Positions 40,598 to 50,684 of a stretch of DNA of 64,000 nucleotides are shown piece after piece. This DNA comes from Candidatus Latescibacterota bacterium. Lineage in GTDB: Bacteria > Latescibacterota > UBA2968 > UBA8231. The stretch is from the NCBI GenBank assembly GCA_965223905.1, contig CBDCXV010000010.1:384001-448000 (forward strand). The letters are read 5' to 3'. Numbering within the stretch: position 1 is the stretch's first letter; each line of letters opens with the position of its first letter. The notes below the pieces were generated by a model, which was not told the DNA's origin, made no database searches, and was given only the letters and a program-made list of their open reading frames with translations. A program made the position numbers and the translations under genes.

Positions 40598-41671
40598 TTA
40601 GCTACCCGAGGAAGAATCGTCGGTACCATCGCCGCCATCACCGTCTCCATCGTCATCATCCCCCATATCCCCGTCGTCACCGCCATCACCATCGGTGCCG
40701 GAATCGCCGCCATCGTCGGTGCCGTCGTCATCACCCTCGTCGTCCATACCGTCGTCATCGGCCATACCGTCGCCGTCACCCATACCGTCATCATCCTCGC
40801 CTTCCATCCCGTCATCCTCTTCCATCCCATCGTCCTCTTCCATCCCGTCATCCATCATGTCCTTCAGGGGGGTGATGGTGACGGTGATGACGCTGGCGGT
40901 CTCGGGGTATTCGAACTCGTCGTCCACCAAGCGAACGGTACCTCCCTCGTCCTCACCCGTGTTCGGTCCGGACTGGTTCATCGGCTGATCGGCACCCGTC
41001 CCGGGCTCCTGGTTGACCTCGGTGCCGGCGTCCCAGAGCATGACCTGGTCGGTGATGTCGCCTTTGATCGGGGAGCCGTCCTCGAACAGGGCAATACCCA
41101 TCGCACCGGGAGCGAAGAACAGGTCGTTCGACTGAACGAACATGGTGGCAAACGACATGGAATTACCCGGCTCGGCCTGGAACTCGAACTCATAGGTATT
41201 TCCCGGACCCATTCCATCCCCTGGACCCAGGGGCCCAGGCGAATCGCTGCCATCAGGCGTATTGAATACAGCGGTACCGATTGCTTCGGCCAGAGGGCCG
41301 GGGTTGCCGTCTTCCGCCAGGGCTTCCAGGCCCTCGCCGCGGTCGGCTTCACCCTCGGTGAAAAGGGGCTCTCCGTCGCTGTGGACGACGAATACTCCAG
41401 GCGCGAGATGATAAGGCGCATCTTCGGTGGTGACATTCTCTATCACCACCTTGAACGCCTGCGGGCCCATCTCTTCGTCCATCTTTTTGGGAGGCTTCGG
41501 GCGCGACTCGGACAGACCCGCTACGGGAGCACTCAGGGTAATGCTGCTGCCCGTGCGCTTGGCGGCCACCTCCGTGTCCACGTCCGGCTGTTTGGAAGAA
41601 ACAGGGTCGCGGTCGGTGCAGCTGCTCAGCGTCAGGACACAAGAGAGCAGACAAAACAGAACGAACTTCAT
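40598..41671 (-). CDS. Lipoprotein with spondin-N domain and Asp/Gly/Met-rich acidic tail
   Basis: Lipobox LSSC; GLEALAEDG, FATMFVQSNDLFFAP, LWDAGTEVNQEPG; DDGMEE repeats; RBS ggagg. Confidence 0.88.
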   Translation of the reverse strand: MKFVLFCLLSCVLTLSSCTDRDPVSSKQPDVDTEVAAKRTGSSITLSAPVAGLSESRPKPPKKMDEEMGPQAFKVVIENVTTEDAPYHLAPGVFVVHSDGEPLFTEGEADRGEGLEALAEDGNPGPLAEAIGTAVFNTPDGSDSPGPLGPGDGMGPGNTYEFEFQAEPGNSMSFATMFVQSNDLFFAPGAMGIALFEDGSPIKGDITDQVMLWDAGTEVNQEPGTGADQPMNQSGPNTGEDEGGTVRLVDDEFEYPETASVITVTITPLKDMMDDGMEEDDGMEEDDGMEGEDDDGMGDGDGMADDDGMDDEGDDDGTDDGGDSGTDGDGGDDGDMGDDDDGDGDGGDGTDDSSSGS

Positions 41672-41971
41672 GCGTAACCTCCATTTGATGGAAGGGGGTG
41701 AAAAATGGAAATGACTGCCTTCGGGGCCCGGAGGGGCTGGAATCTGCCCTTGATGTTCCGCCGAATTGCCCCTGCAGGATCGTACCCCAAAAAAAGGAAC
41801 GCCTGAGAAGACCGTGTGAGGACTTGGGGGACCTCGGCTCCCAGGTACCAGTTTCGAGGTGGGCTTACCCCCCCACCCAGGGCAAAGTAGCGACCGCATT
41901 GCGAGTTTGCCGTCGATTGGGATGATCACATGCTCTACCCGGCGAACGCCGGACCAAACTTTGAAGTTCCC

Positions 41972-42014
41972 AAAAAAAAAGCCCCCGGCGGCCTGTACCG
42001 GCCACCGGGGGCTT
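41972..42014 (-). terminator. Rho-independent terminator, paralogous to 40485-40523
   Basis: aagcccccggtggcc...ggccgccgggggc hairpin followed by T9. Confidence 0.85.
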
Positions 42015-42083
42015 CCTGTTCCTGATGCATTTTCTACTAAAACCGGCCTCCTGTACCAGGGGGCCGGTCCTCAAACGCTAACC

Positions 42084-42503
42084 TCAGCTACTCGAGGAAG
42101 AGTCGTCGGTGCCACCATCATCGGTGCCACCATCATCATCGGTGCCACCATCATCATCGGTGCCGCCATCACCGTCTTCCGTCCCGTCCTCTTCGCCGTC
42201 GTCCATCCCGTCCTCTTCACCGTCTTCCGTCCCGTCCTCTTCACCGTCTTCCGTCCCGTCCTCTTCGCCGTCGTCCATCCCGTCCTCTTCGCCGTCGTCC
42301 ATCCCGTCCTCTTCGCCGTCGTCCATCCCTTTCCTCGACTCGGCCAGACCGGCTACAGGAGCACTCAGGGTTATGGAACTGCTAATGCGCTTGGCGGCCA
42401 CCTCCGTGTCCGCGTCCGGCTGCTTGGACGAAACAGGGTCGCGGTCGGTGCAGGCGCTCAGCGTAAAGACGCAAGCGAGCAGTGAAAGCAGAACTAACTT
42501 CAT
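42084..42503 (-). CDS. Short acidic-repeat lipoprotein, paralogue of 40598-41671 without the spondin domain
   Basis: Lipobox LSAC; first ~55 aa nearly identical to the neighbour; 24-bp repeats encoding GEEDGMDD/GEEDGTED. Confidence 0.8.
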   Translation of the reverse strand: MKLVLLSLLACVFTLSACTDRDPVSSKQPDADTEVAAKRISSSITLSAPVAGLAESRKGMDDGEEDGMDDGEEDGMDDGEEDGTEDGEEDGTEDGEEDGMDDGEEDGTEDGDGGTDDDGGTDDDGGTDDGGTDDSSSSS

Positions 42504-42763
42504 GATGGCCTCCGATTGATTGATTCAATGAAAACGGCTGCAATGCCTCGATTCCGCACAATATCAGGACATATTGTGGGAAAAGCAACAACTTCGGACG
42601 CCGGAGGCGGACACATGGACCTCCCGGTACCCCGGAATTCCGTGGTATTCTTCTCCGGTGGGGCGGGTTAGCCGGCAGAGGTGTGCCGCTCTATCTTGTT
42701 TCCGTCCCCCATGAATCCCCGAATGCGCAACCCGTTTCCGATGTATTCACCGGACCGCGGCCG

Positions 42764-43771
42764 ATGAACGCCACCCTGCGCCGCCGCGTCATCTACCTCT
42801 TTCCGCTTCCCGTTCTCTTCGGCTCCCTGCTGCTGGGCCCGTCTGCCAGCGCCGAGGCGGGAAAGATCCTGTCCTGGGGCTACGGCCTGCTCTTCCGCGA
42901 GGGGGCCGGCGGCCCGGAAGAGGCCCTGGTCGGCACCATCGTCTGGGAGGTTCGGCTGCCTCGCATCCTGCTCACCTTTCTCGTGGGAGGCGCCCTGGCC
43001 GCGGCGGGCAACGCCCTGCAGGCGCTGTTTCGCAATCCCCTCGTCGCTCCCTACATCCTCGGGCTCTCCTCCGGGGCCGCCTTCGGCGCCGCCCTGGCCC
43101 TGACGCTGCCGCTTCTGCCGGTGCAGCCGACCGCCTTCGGGTTCGCCCTGCTCGCCGTCGGCCTCGCCTACTTCCTGGCGCGCACCCGCAAGACCGTGTC
43201 GGTGGTCTCCCTCATCCTCTCGGGGGTGATCGTCACCGGCATCTTCACCGCCCTGCTGACCATCGTCCAGTTCCTCACCGACCCGTACAAGCTGCAGACC
43301 ATCGTCCACTGGACCATGGGCAACCTGCACAACTCGAGCTGGGCCAAGCTGCGCTCCGCGGCCCCGGGGGTGGGGATCGGCGTCGTCTGGCTCTTCCTTT
43401 TCCGCTGGCGCATGAACGTGCTCGCCCAGGGAGACGAAGAGACCCGGGCGGTAGGGCTGAACCCGGAGCGGGAACGGGTGCTGATCCTGGTGCCGGCGAC
43501 CCTGGCCGCCTCCGCGGCGATCGCCGTGGCCGGCGTCATCGGCATGATCGGACTTGCGGTGCCGCACATGGTGCGCATGCTGCTGGGGCCGGACAACCGC
43601 CACACCCTGCCGGCCTCCTTCGCTTTCGGCGGGGCCTTCCTGCTGCTGGTCGACACCTGCTCGCGCACGCTGGCCTCTTTCGAAATCCCGGTCGGGGTCT
43701 TCACCACCCTGCTCGGGGGGCCGTTCTTCATCTTCCTGCTCAAGAAGGCGCGGATCGGATGGGAGGACTAG
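42764..43771 (+). CDS. FecCD/BtuC family ABC permease
   Basis: VRLPRIL, QALFRNPLV.PYILG.SSGAAFG, GLAVPH, IPVGVFT.LLGGPFF. Confidence 0.92.
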   Translation: MNATLRRRVIYLFPLPVLFGSLLLGPSASAEAGKILSWGYGLLFREGAGGPEEALVGTIVWEVRLPRILLTFLVGGALAAAGNALQALFRNPLVAPYILGLSSGAAFGAALALTLPLLPVQPTAFGFALLAVGLAYFLARTRKTVSVVSLILSGVIVTGIFTALLTIVQFLTDPYKLQTIVHWTMGNLHNSSWAKLRSAAPGVGIGVVWLFLFRWRMNVLAQGDEETRAVGLNPERERVLILVPATLAASAAIAVAGVIGMIGLAVPHMVRMLLGPDNRHTLPASFAFGGAFLLLVDTCSRTLASFEIPVGVFTTLLGGPFFIFLLKKARIGWED

Positions 43772-44532
43772 CGCCGGCGATAGCGGTCGAGAGCCTTTCC
43801 TTCGCCTACGAGGGGAGACCGATCCTCGACGAGATCTCCCTGGAGATCCCAGCGGAGCAGTTCACCGTCCTGCTCGGCAAGAACGGCAGCGGCAAATCGA
43901 CCCTCATGCGCATTCTGGGAGGCCTGCTCGAGTTCGAGCGCGGCGAGGTGCGCATCATGGGGGAGGAGCTGCGCTCCTTCTCCACCCGGGGGCGGGCCCG
44001 CGTCCTAGGCTACCTGCCGCAGCACCACCGCCCCGTCTTCCCCTTCGCGGTCGAGGACGTGGTCCTGACCGGGCGCGCCAGCTACGTCTCCTACGCGCCG
44101 AAGCGGGAGGACCTGGAAATCGCCGTCGACGCCCTGCGACGGGTCGGCATCCTCCACCTGAGGGAGCGCACCTACACCGAGCTCTCGGGAGGAGAGCAGC
44201 AGATGGTTCGCATCGCCCGCGTCCTCGCCCAGCAGCCGCGCCTGATCCTCCTCGACGAGCCGACCTCCCACCTCGACTTCCTCAACCAGGCCCACATGCT
44301 GCGCCTGATCCGCGAGCTGGTCGACGCCGACCTCACCGTCCTCGCCGTCCTCCACGATCCGAACAGCGCCTTCCTCTACGGGGACCACTTCATCTTCCTC
44401 AAGGAGGGCAAGGTCGAGCGGCTGCCCGCGGCAGAACGGCCGTGGGACCGCGACTTCCTCGAACGCATCTACGACACCGGGATAGACTCGATTCCCTACG
44501 GCGACCGCGCCCTGGTGGTGCCGAAGGGGTGA
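43759..44532 (+). CDS. FecE/BtuD family ABC ATPase
   Basis: GKNGSGKST, LSGGEQQ, LLDEPTSHLD, VLHD. Confidence 0.92.
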   Translation: MGGLAPAIAVESLSFAYEGRPILDEISLEIPAEQFTVLLGKNGSGKSTLMRILGGLLEFERGEVRIMGEELRSFSTRGRARVLGYLPQHHRPVFPFAVEDVVLTGRASYVSYAPKREDLEIAVDALRRVGILHLRERTYTELSGGEQQMVRIARVLAQQPRLILLDEPTSHLDFLNQAHMLRLIRELVDADLTVLAVLHDPNSAFLYGDHFIFLKEGKVERLPAAERPWDRDFLERIYDTGIDSIPYGDRALVVPKG

Positions 44533-44956
44533 GAGGCGGGCAGGCCGGAGGGTCTTCCTCTGCAAGCCCCAGCGGCAGACGAATCCGCGCAGTCGGTTTT
44601 GGCCCCTTTCCGGACTCCCTGCTGAGCCTGGATGGCCGCGTTGAATCCCCAAAACCGGTCCCGGGGACCGGACACGGAGGAACCGGCCGGGGGCACTGCA
44701 ATCGGGGCTTCCGCCTTTGCGGGCTCCTCGACCGCTTCGAATCCCCGGGGACCTACAGCCGTAACCGGACACCGAGGAACCACCAGCACAGAGCCCTTGA
44801 CAGGCTCCGCCGGGTGACTTGCCGGCATTTCTTCCGGTTCCGCCCGATCAGCCGCACCACACCGGGGAAACCGGGCCTTGGAGCGGCCCTTTCGAAGTGC
44901 CTGTCAGGAGGATTGGTCGGGGGGCGCTGTATTTCCTGAAAGTCCCCGGAACCAGG

Positions 44957-46351
44957 TCAGGCCCTGCCACCCTGCCCGCCAGCGGACTCCAGCGCGGACG
45001 CCGCCCTGAACAGGGTCGCCTCGTCGAAATGCCGCGCCACCACCTGCACGCCGATAGGCAGCCCCTCCCCGCTCTTTGCGAACGGCACCGACATGGCCGG
45101 GCAGCCGACGAGGCCGAACGCCGCGGTGATGTTGGCGGCGTGACCCGGACCGGCTTCCACGCCGTCGATGAGCAGCGTCTCCGCTTCGTGTCCGTGGGCG
45201 GTTACAGGCGCCGTGGGACAGAACAACAGGTCGCAGCGGGCGAAGAACCCCGCCATGTCCTTCGCCAGCAGGTCGCGATTGTCCATTGATTCGAGGAACT
45301 CCTCGAGGGACGGCCGCGGCATGTCGAGCAGGCCTCGGATCGGCTCGCTCAGCTCCCCCTCGCGGCCGCCGATGAAAGGTTCGAGGTAGCGCCCGAGCTC
45401 GGCCCTGACCATGGCCATGCAGACGTCGATCGGCAGCCTGTCCGACCAGTCGAAATCGACCTCCTCGACGACGCACCCCGCGCCTTCCAGGGCCGAAGCC
45501 GCCCGGGACACGGCGTCGCGAATCTCCTTTTCCACCGGCGCGAACGGCCCTTCGGTGAACACGCCGACCCGCAGGCCGGCGATCTCGCCATTGACTTCCC
45601 CGGCCTGCCGGAACGGCTCCGGCGTGGCGTAGGGATCCTCCCCGTCGGGGCCGGACATGACCGACAGCGCCAGGGCGGCGTCGCGAACGCTGCGGCAGAG
45701 CGGCCCAACGTGCATGTGGCGGCAGGTCAGCTCCGGCCACGATCCGGTCAGGGGGATGCGGCCGTGGGTCGGCTTGAATCCCACGATGCCGCAGTAGTGG
45801 GAGGGCAGCCGGTTGGAGCCTCCGAGATCGGTGCCGATCCCGAGAGGGGAGAGGCCCGAGGAAATCGCCGCGGCCTCCCCGCCGCTCGAGCCCCCGCAGG
45901 TTCGCTCCGGGTCGCCGGGATGGAGGGTGCGCTCGAACAGGCGGTTGGCGGTCTCGGCCCTGAGCGCGAACTCCGGCAGGTTGGTCTTGCCGAGAAGGAT
46001 GCCCCCGGCGGCCTTGAGCCGGCCGACCGCGGCGGCATCGGTATCCGGCACCAGGCCGGCGAAGATCAGCGAACCCCGGGTCGTTCTCACCCCCGCGGTG
46101 TCGAAGCAGTCCTTGGCGGTGAACGGCACCCCGTGCAGGGGGCCGCGGAGCTCGCCTCGGACCGCCGCCTGTTCCGCCTCCCGCGCCTGCTCGAGGGCGC
46201 CGTCGGCCAAGGTCACGAGCGCGTGAACCCCGGGATCGACCGCTTGGATCCGGTCGAGGAAGGAGGCCGTGACCTCCACGGGGGAGAGCTCCTTGCTGCG
46301 AATCCTCGCGGCCAACCCGGTGGCGTCGGCAAAACAGATCTCTTCGCTCAT
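44957..46351 (-). CDS. Amidase signature family enzyme
   Basis: LHGVPFTAKD, GGSSGG, GTDLGGSNRLPS. Confidence 0.92.
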   Translation of the reverse strand: MSEEICFADATGLAARIRSKELSPVEVTASFLDRIQAVDPGVHALVTLADGALEQAREAEQAAVRGELRGPLHGVPFTAKDCFDTAGVRTTRGSLIFAGLVPDTDAAAVGRLKAAGGILLGKTNLPEFALRAETANRLFERTLHPGDPERTCGGSSGGEAAAISSGLSPLGIGTDLGGSNRLPSHYCGIVGFKPTHGRIPLTGSWPELTCRHMHVGPLCRSVRDAALALSVMSGPDGEDPYATPEPFRQAGEVNGEIAGLRVGVFTEGPFAPVEKEIRDAVSRAASALEGAGCVVEEVDFDWSDRLPIDVCMAMVRAELGRYLEPFIGGREGELSEPIRGLLDMPRPSLEEFLESMDNRDLLAKDMAGFFARCDLLFCPTAPVTAHGHEAETLLIDGVEAGPGHAANITAAFGLVGCPAMSVPFAKSGEGLPIGVQVVARHFDEATLFRAASALESAGGQGGRA

Positions 46352-46427
46352 GGTTTCAGGCTCCCGTTTTTCGACCGCCCGGCCCGGTTTCCGCGCCTGG
46401 GGTTGCGACCTCAGATGTTTCCTGCCG

Positions 46428-47387
46428 TCAATAGCCGTAGCGGCGGGGGTTCTCGCGCAGCTCGCGCAGGAAGTCATCGACCATCTCCGGCAGGCCGTAG
46501 GCCGGTTTCCACCCCCACTCCTCGCGCGCGCAACGGTCGTCGATCGGCCTTCCCGCGTGCTCGATCAGGGCCTGCCGCTCCTCGTCGACGGCGAACTCGA
46601 TGCGCGCCCCGGGCACCCGGTCGCGCACCATGGCGGCCACCTCGCCGGCGGTCGGCATCGGCCCGCTCAGCAGGTAGTTGATCATCTGCAGGCCGCCTGC
46701 CGGCGCCTGCGCAAGCTCTACCGTGGCGCGCGCGACATCCTTGAAGTAGAGCACCGTGGCCCTGGTATCGGGACGCACCCAGATCGCGAAGGGATTCCCC
46801 ATGGCGCTCTCCTCGATCGCCCAGGAGACGTACTGGGTCACGCCGAGCGACCTGACGCCGGGACCGGCCACGGGGGGATAGCGCAGGCCGCGGTAGTCGA
46901 GGCCGTACTTGCGCCGGTAGAAGAGCCCGAGGTGCTCGCCGAAGAGCTTGCAGGCCCCGTACAGCAGCACCGGACGCTGCAGGGTGAGATCGTCCATGGC
47001 AGCGGTCGTTATGCCGGTTCCGTAGGTGCCGATGCTGCTGGAGAAGATCACCTTCTCGACCCCGAACAGGCGCGCCGCCTCGAGCACGTGATAGGTGCCG
47101 AGGGCGTTGACCCGTATCGAGGAGTGGGGGTCGGCCTCGCAGCCGAGCGACAGCATCCCCGCGAGGTGGTAGATGACCTCGGGAGAGGTGTCGCGAACCG
47201 CGTCGAGGACATGGCTGAAGTTGCCGACGTCGCCGCGAATCCTCTTGACCTTGCCGGCGATTTCACCGAGGCGATGGGTCGAGTCGTCGATGTCGAAAAC
47301 GGTGAGGTCGGTTTCCCCCCGGGATACGAGGAGGCGCGCGATCTCCGCGGCGATGAATCCGGTGCCTCCGGTGATCAGGGTCGCCAT
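46428..47387 (-). CDS. NAD-dependent epimerase/dehydratase (threonine dehydrogenase-like extended SDR)
   Basis: ITGGTGFIA, YHLAG, SSS and YGACK motifs. Confidence 0.85.
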   Translation of the reverse strand: MATLITGGTGFIAAEIARLLVSRGETDLTVFDIDDSTHRLGEIAGKVKRIRGDVGNFSHVLDAVRDTSPEVIYHLAGMLSLGCEADPHSSIRVNALGTYHVLEAARLFGVEKVIFSSSIGTYGTGITTAAMDDLTLQRPVLLYGACKLFGEHLGLFYRRKYGLDYRGLRYPPVAGPGVRSLGVTQYVSWAIEESAMGNPFAIWVRPDTRATVLYFKDVARATVELAQAPAGGLQMINYLLSGPMPTAGEVAAMVRDRVPGARIEFAVDEERQALIEHAGRPIDDRCAREEWGWKPAYGLPEMVDDFLRELRENPRRYGY

Positions 47388-47670
47388 GTTTTCGGACTTT
47401 CAGTGGACTGCGCCGTGGAAGGAGTGTGTTCGCGTGCCGGGCATGGGATCCGTTGCCCGGGGCGACAGGAGCTGTTCCGATGTGAGGCCCTGGCAACAGA
47501 CACCGGGCTCACCCGAATGGAACACGGAATCCTCCCCCCGGCCGTCAGTGCCTGCGCGTGTTGGTCGAGAACGAAAACGAAGCCGCCGGAACGCCCGGAT
47601 CGCAAGGCGCCTGAGGGATCCGTACGAAGGGAGTACTGGAGCGAATTCATGCCGAGTCACGCGTTGGGTA

Positions 47671-48438
47671 CTACAACATGTTGACGGAAAACCCGCCGTC
47701 GACGGGGATCGCCGTTCCGGTGACGTAGTCGGACGCCGGGCTCGACAGGAACACCGCGAGGCCGTGGAAGTCGTCGGGACTTCCCCAGCGCCCCGCGGGA
47801 CAGCGGGCAAGCACCTTTTCGCTCAGGCCCTCGACCTGGAGGCGCGCGCTCCGGGTCAGCGGCGTGTCGATGAACCCGGGAAGAAAGCAGTTGACCTGGA
47901 TGTTGTACTGCGCCCAGGCGGTCGCCAGGGACTTGGTCAGCTGCACCATCCCCCCCTTGGAAGAGGCGTAGGGAGACCCCCACGGGGCCCCGAAGATCGA
48001 CAGCATGGAACCGTTGTTGAGGATCTTTCCGGCCCCTGCCCGCTTCATCGCCGGGAAGCAGGCCTTGCTGCACAGGAAGGCGCTGTCGAGGTTGGTTTCC
48101 AGCACCAGCTTCCACTCCTCGTAGCTCAGGTCCTCCGGCTGCTTGCGGACGTTGGTGCCGGCGTTGTTGACGAGGATGTCGATGCCGCCGGCCTCCTCGA
48201 CGACCTTGCGGGTCATCTCCCCGATCTCCTCCTCGGAGGAGACGTCGCAGCGGACCGCGAGCGCCCGCCCTCCCGCTTGCTCCAGCTCGGCCACCGCGGC
48301 CGCATTCTTCTCCTCGTTGCGCGCCGCGACCGCCACCGTGGCACCCGCCCCGGACAGGCCGCGGGCGAACCCGAGGCCGATGCCGCTGTTGCCGCCGGTG
48401 ACGATGGCTACCTTGCCGCTCAGATCGAACATGCTCAT
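47671..48438 (-). CDS. Classical SDR oxidoreductase (KduD/gluconate 5-dehydrogenase-like)
   Basis: TGGNSGIG, NNAG, YASSK, PGFIDT, VDGG. Confidence 0.9.
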   Translation of the reverse strand: MSMFDLSGKVAIVTGGNSGIGLGFARGLSGAGATVAVAARNEEKNAAAVAELEQAGGRALAVRCDVSSEEEIGEMTRKVVEEAGGIDILVNNAGTNVRKQPEDLSYEEWKLVLETNLDSAFLCSKACFPAMKRAGAGKILNNGSMLSIFGAPWGSPYASSKGGMVQLTKSLATAWAQYNIQVNCFLPGFIDTPLTRSARLQVEGLSEKVLARCPAGRWGSPDDFHGLAVFLSSPASDYVTGTAIPVDGGFSVNML

Positions 48439-48479
48439 GTGAACTCCCGCCTCTCTGGTGTGGTTGTGAATCGAATCCG

Positions 48480-49484
48480 CTACTTCGAGAGACGCTCGAC
48501 GTCGGCGTCGACCATCAGTCGAATCAGCTCGTCGAACATCGTCCTCGGTTCCCAGCCGAGCTCCGCCTTCGCCTTGGAGTAGTCTCCGCGCGAGGCGCCG
48601 ATCTCGGTGGGCCTGATGAAGCGCTCGTCGCAGACGACGTGCTCCTCCCAGCTCATCCCGGCGTGACTGAAGGCCACCTCGCACAGGTCGCGGATGGTGT
48701 GCGCCGTGTCGGTGGCGATCACGTAGGTGTCCGGCTCGTCCTGTTGCAGCATCAGCCACATCGCCTCGACGTACTCCTTTGCGTACCCCCAGTCGCGCAC
48801 GCAGTCGAGGTCGCCCATCCTCAGCCTGCCGCCGCTCACCAGGGGCAGCCCGGCCTCGTTCAGCGGCACCTCCTCCGTCCCCGTCTTCAGGCAGGCCACG
48901 GCCATCGTCACCTTGCGGGTTACGAAGTGCAGGCTGCGGCGGGGGCTTTCGTGATTGAACAGCACGCCGCCGCACGCGAACATGCCGTACGACTCGCGGT
49001 AGGTCTCCGTCATCTGGTGGGCGTAGAGCTTGGCCACACCGTAGGGGTTGTTCGCCGCCAGCGGCGTCGACTCGTCGATGACCTCGGCGGGAGAGCCACC
49101 GTAGATCTCGCGGCTGCTGGCCTGGTAGAAACGCGCCGAGGGACAGTAGCGCTTGACCGCCTCGAGCGTGCGCGTGGTGCCGACCGCGGTGATCTCGGCG
49201 GTCACAACCGGCTGCGTCCAGCTGTCGGCCGGGACCGATTGTGCGGCGAGGTTGTAGACCTCGTCCGGCTGGTACTCGGCGACGACCCGCTCGACGCTGG
49301 GGCCGTCCATCAGGTCCCCGTACTCGAGAGTGATCCTTCCCGACAGGTGGCCGATGTTTTCGTGATGGTAGCTCGTGGAACGGCGGCTGAGGCCGACGAC
49401 CTCGTAGCCCTTGGAGAGCAGCAGCTCGGCCAGGTACGACCCGTCCTGCCCGGTGATTCCCGTTATCAGCGCCCGCTTCGTCAT
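48480..49484 (-). CDS. gmd: GDP-mannose 4,6-dehydratase
   Basis: ALITGITGQDGSYLAELLL, YNLAAQS, PYGVAKLY, LFNHESPRR, RDWG. Confidence 0.9.
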   Translation of the reverse strand: MTKRALITGITGQDGSYLAELLLSKGYEVVGLSRRSTSYHHENIGHLSGRITLEYGDLMDGPSVERVVAEYQPDEVYNLAAQSVPADSWTQPVVTAEITAVGTTRTLEAVKRYCPSARFYQASSREIYGGSPAEVIDESTPLAANNPYGVAKLYAHQMTETYRESYGMFACGGVLFNHESPRRSLHFVTRKVTMAVACLKTGTEEVPLNEAGLPLVSGGRLRMGDLDCVRDWGYAKEYVEAMWLMLQQDEPDTYVIATDTAHTIRDLCEVAFSHAGMSWEEHVVCDERFIRPTEIGASRGDYSKAKAELGWEPRTMFDELIRLMVDADVERLSK

Positions 49485-49769
49485 GGTCTCCTGTTTCGTT
49501 CCGCCAGGGCTCGTGGACCTGCCCTGCATCGGGGACTGCCAAATATCCGGCAGCGGGTACGGAGCTGACAAACCGGCCGCCGGATCGTTTGCCCGCCGGG
49601 ATGCCCGGTTCTAATTTGCGTTCCCCGGCAGCAAGCGGCGGAGCGCGTTAGGCGCCTCCCCGGCAGCTGCCGCCGGCCCCCGGCCGGCGGCCGGCCCTGC
49701 CTGCAAACGAACGAACCGTCTCCAGAGCTGCAACGCCCCATCACCCCGCAACCAGAACGAGCAGCGACC

Positions 49770-50684
49770 ATGCCCCGACTCACCCAGGAGCAACTCGATT
49801 TCTTTCACCGCGAAGGCTATGTGCACGTACCCGGAGTCCTCGGCGACGCCGACCTCGCCCCTGTGCAGGCCGACCTCGAGGAGATCGTCGACCGCAACGC
49901 CAGGCGGCTGCTCGCCGAAGGCAAGGTCGACCGCGACTACGCCGAGCTGCCGTTCGAAAAGCGCCTCGTTCCGCTCGGAAGGGCGGACGCCAGCGCCACC
50001 GACGGCATCAACATTCCCGGCAACCTCGGCCGCGGGATCTTCAACTTCATCCGCAACGAAAACCTGCTCGACGCCGTCGAGTCCGTCGTCGGCCCCGAGA
50101 TCTTCGCCAACCCCTGCCAGCACATCCGCGCCAAGCTGCCGGCCACCGGCGATTACGAGGGCGGACTCTCGAGCATGGAGTGGGCGCGGGAAACCAACTG
50201 GCACCAGGACCTCGGGGTGCTCCTCCCCGAGGCGGACAACACCCTCGTGGTCACCACCTGGATCCCCCTGGTCGACGCCGACGCCGCCAACGGCACCCTG
50301 AGGGTGATACCCCGCTGTCACACCGAACCCCTGCGCAGGCACGTGAAACCGCCGCCTGAAATGGGCGGCAACTGGATGATCGACCCGGAGGAGCTGCCCG
50401 ACACCGAGCCGGTCGAGGTTCCGGTGGCGCGCGGCGGCCTGCTGATGATGCACTGCCGCACCCCCCACAGCAGCCGGCCCAACCGGGCGGACACGATCCG
50501 CTGGAGCCTCGACCTGCGCTGGAACGACGCCCGCATGCCGAACGGCCGGCCGCACCTGCCCGGCCTCTACGTGCGCAGCAGCGAAAATCCGGAGCTGGTG
50601 GTGCGCGACCGCGAGGAGTGGGTCACCGCCTGGAAGTTCGCCCGCGCGGGAAGCCGCGGGGCGCGAACCTATCGCTGGAACTGA
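49770..50684 (+). CDS. PhyH family dioxygenase
   Basis: LTQEQLDFFHREGY, WHQD, TTWIPL, PHSSRPN...RWS. Confidence 0.9.
   Translation: MPRLTQEQLDFFHREGYVHVPGVLGDADLAPVQADLEEIVDRNARRLLAEGKVDRDYAELPFEKRLVPLGRADASATDGINIPGNLGRGIFNFIRNENLLDAVESVVGPEIFANPCQHIRAKLPATGDYEGGLSSMEWARETNWHQDLGVLLPEADNTLVVTTWIPLVDADAANGTLRVIPRCHTEPLRRHVKPPPEMGGNWMIDPEELPDTEPVEVPVARGGLLMMHCRTPHSSRPNRADTIRWSLDLRWNDARMPNGRPHLPGLYVRSSENPELVVRDREEWVTAWKFARAGSRGARTYRWN

Larger units (their letters stand above)
35992..42761. mobile_element. 6.77-kb insertion splitting the ABC operon, bounded by a 13-bp direct repeat
   Basis: ACCGGACCGCGGC at 35979-35991 and 42749-42761. Excision gives an ATGA stop/start overlap between the binding-protein gene and the permease gene. 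Confidence 0.6.

Noticed and set aside
41700-41930. c-di-GMP-I-like GGCAAAC motif on the minus strand, and the 443-aa extended start
   Set aside because: The downstream GAAA tetraloop and second-stem consensus are absent; the RBS and lipobox place the real start at 41671.
47400-47660. SAM-riboswitch-like ggcaac motif
   Set aside because: It is on the opposite strand to the downstream gene and lacks the other consensus elements.
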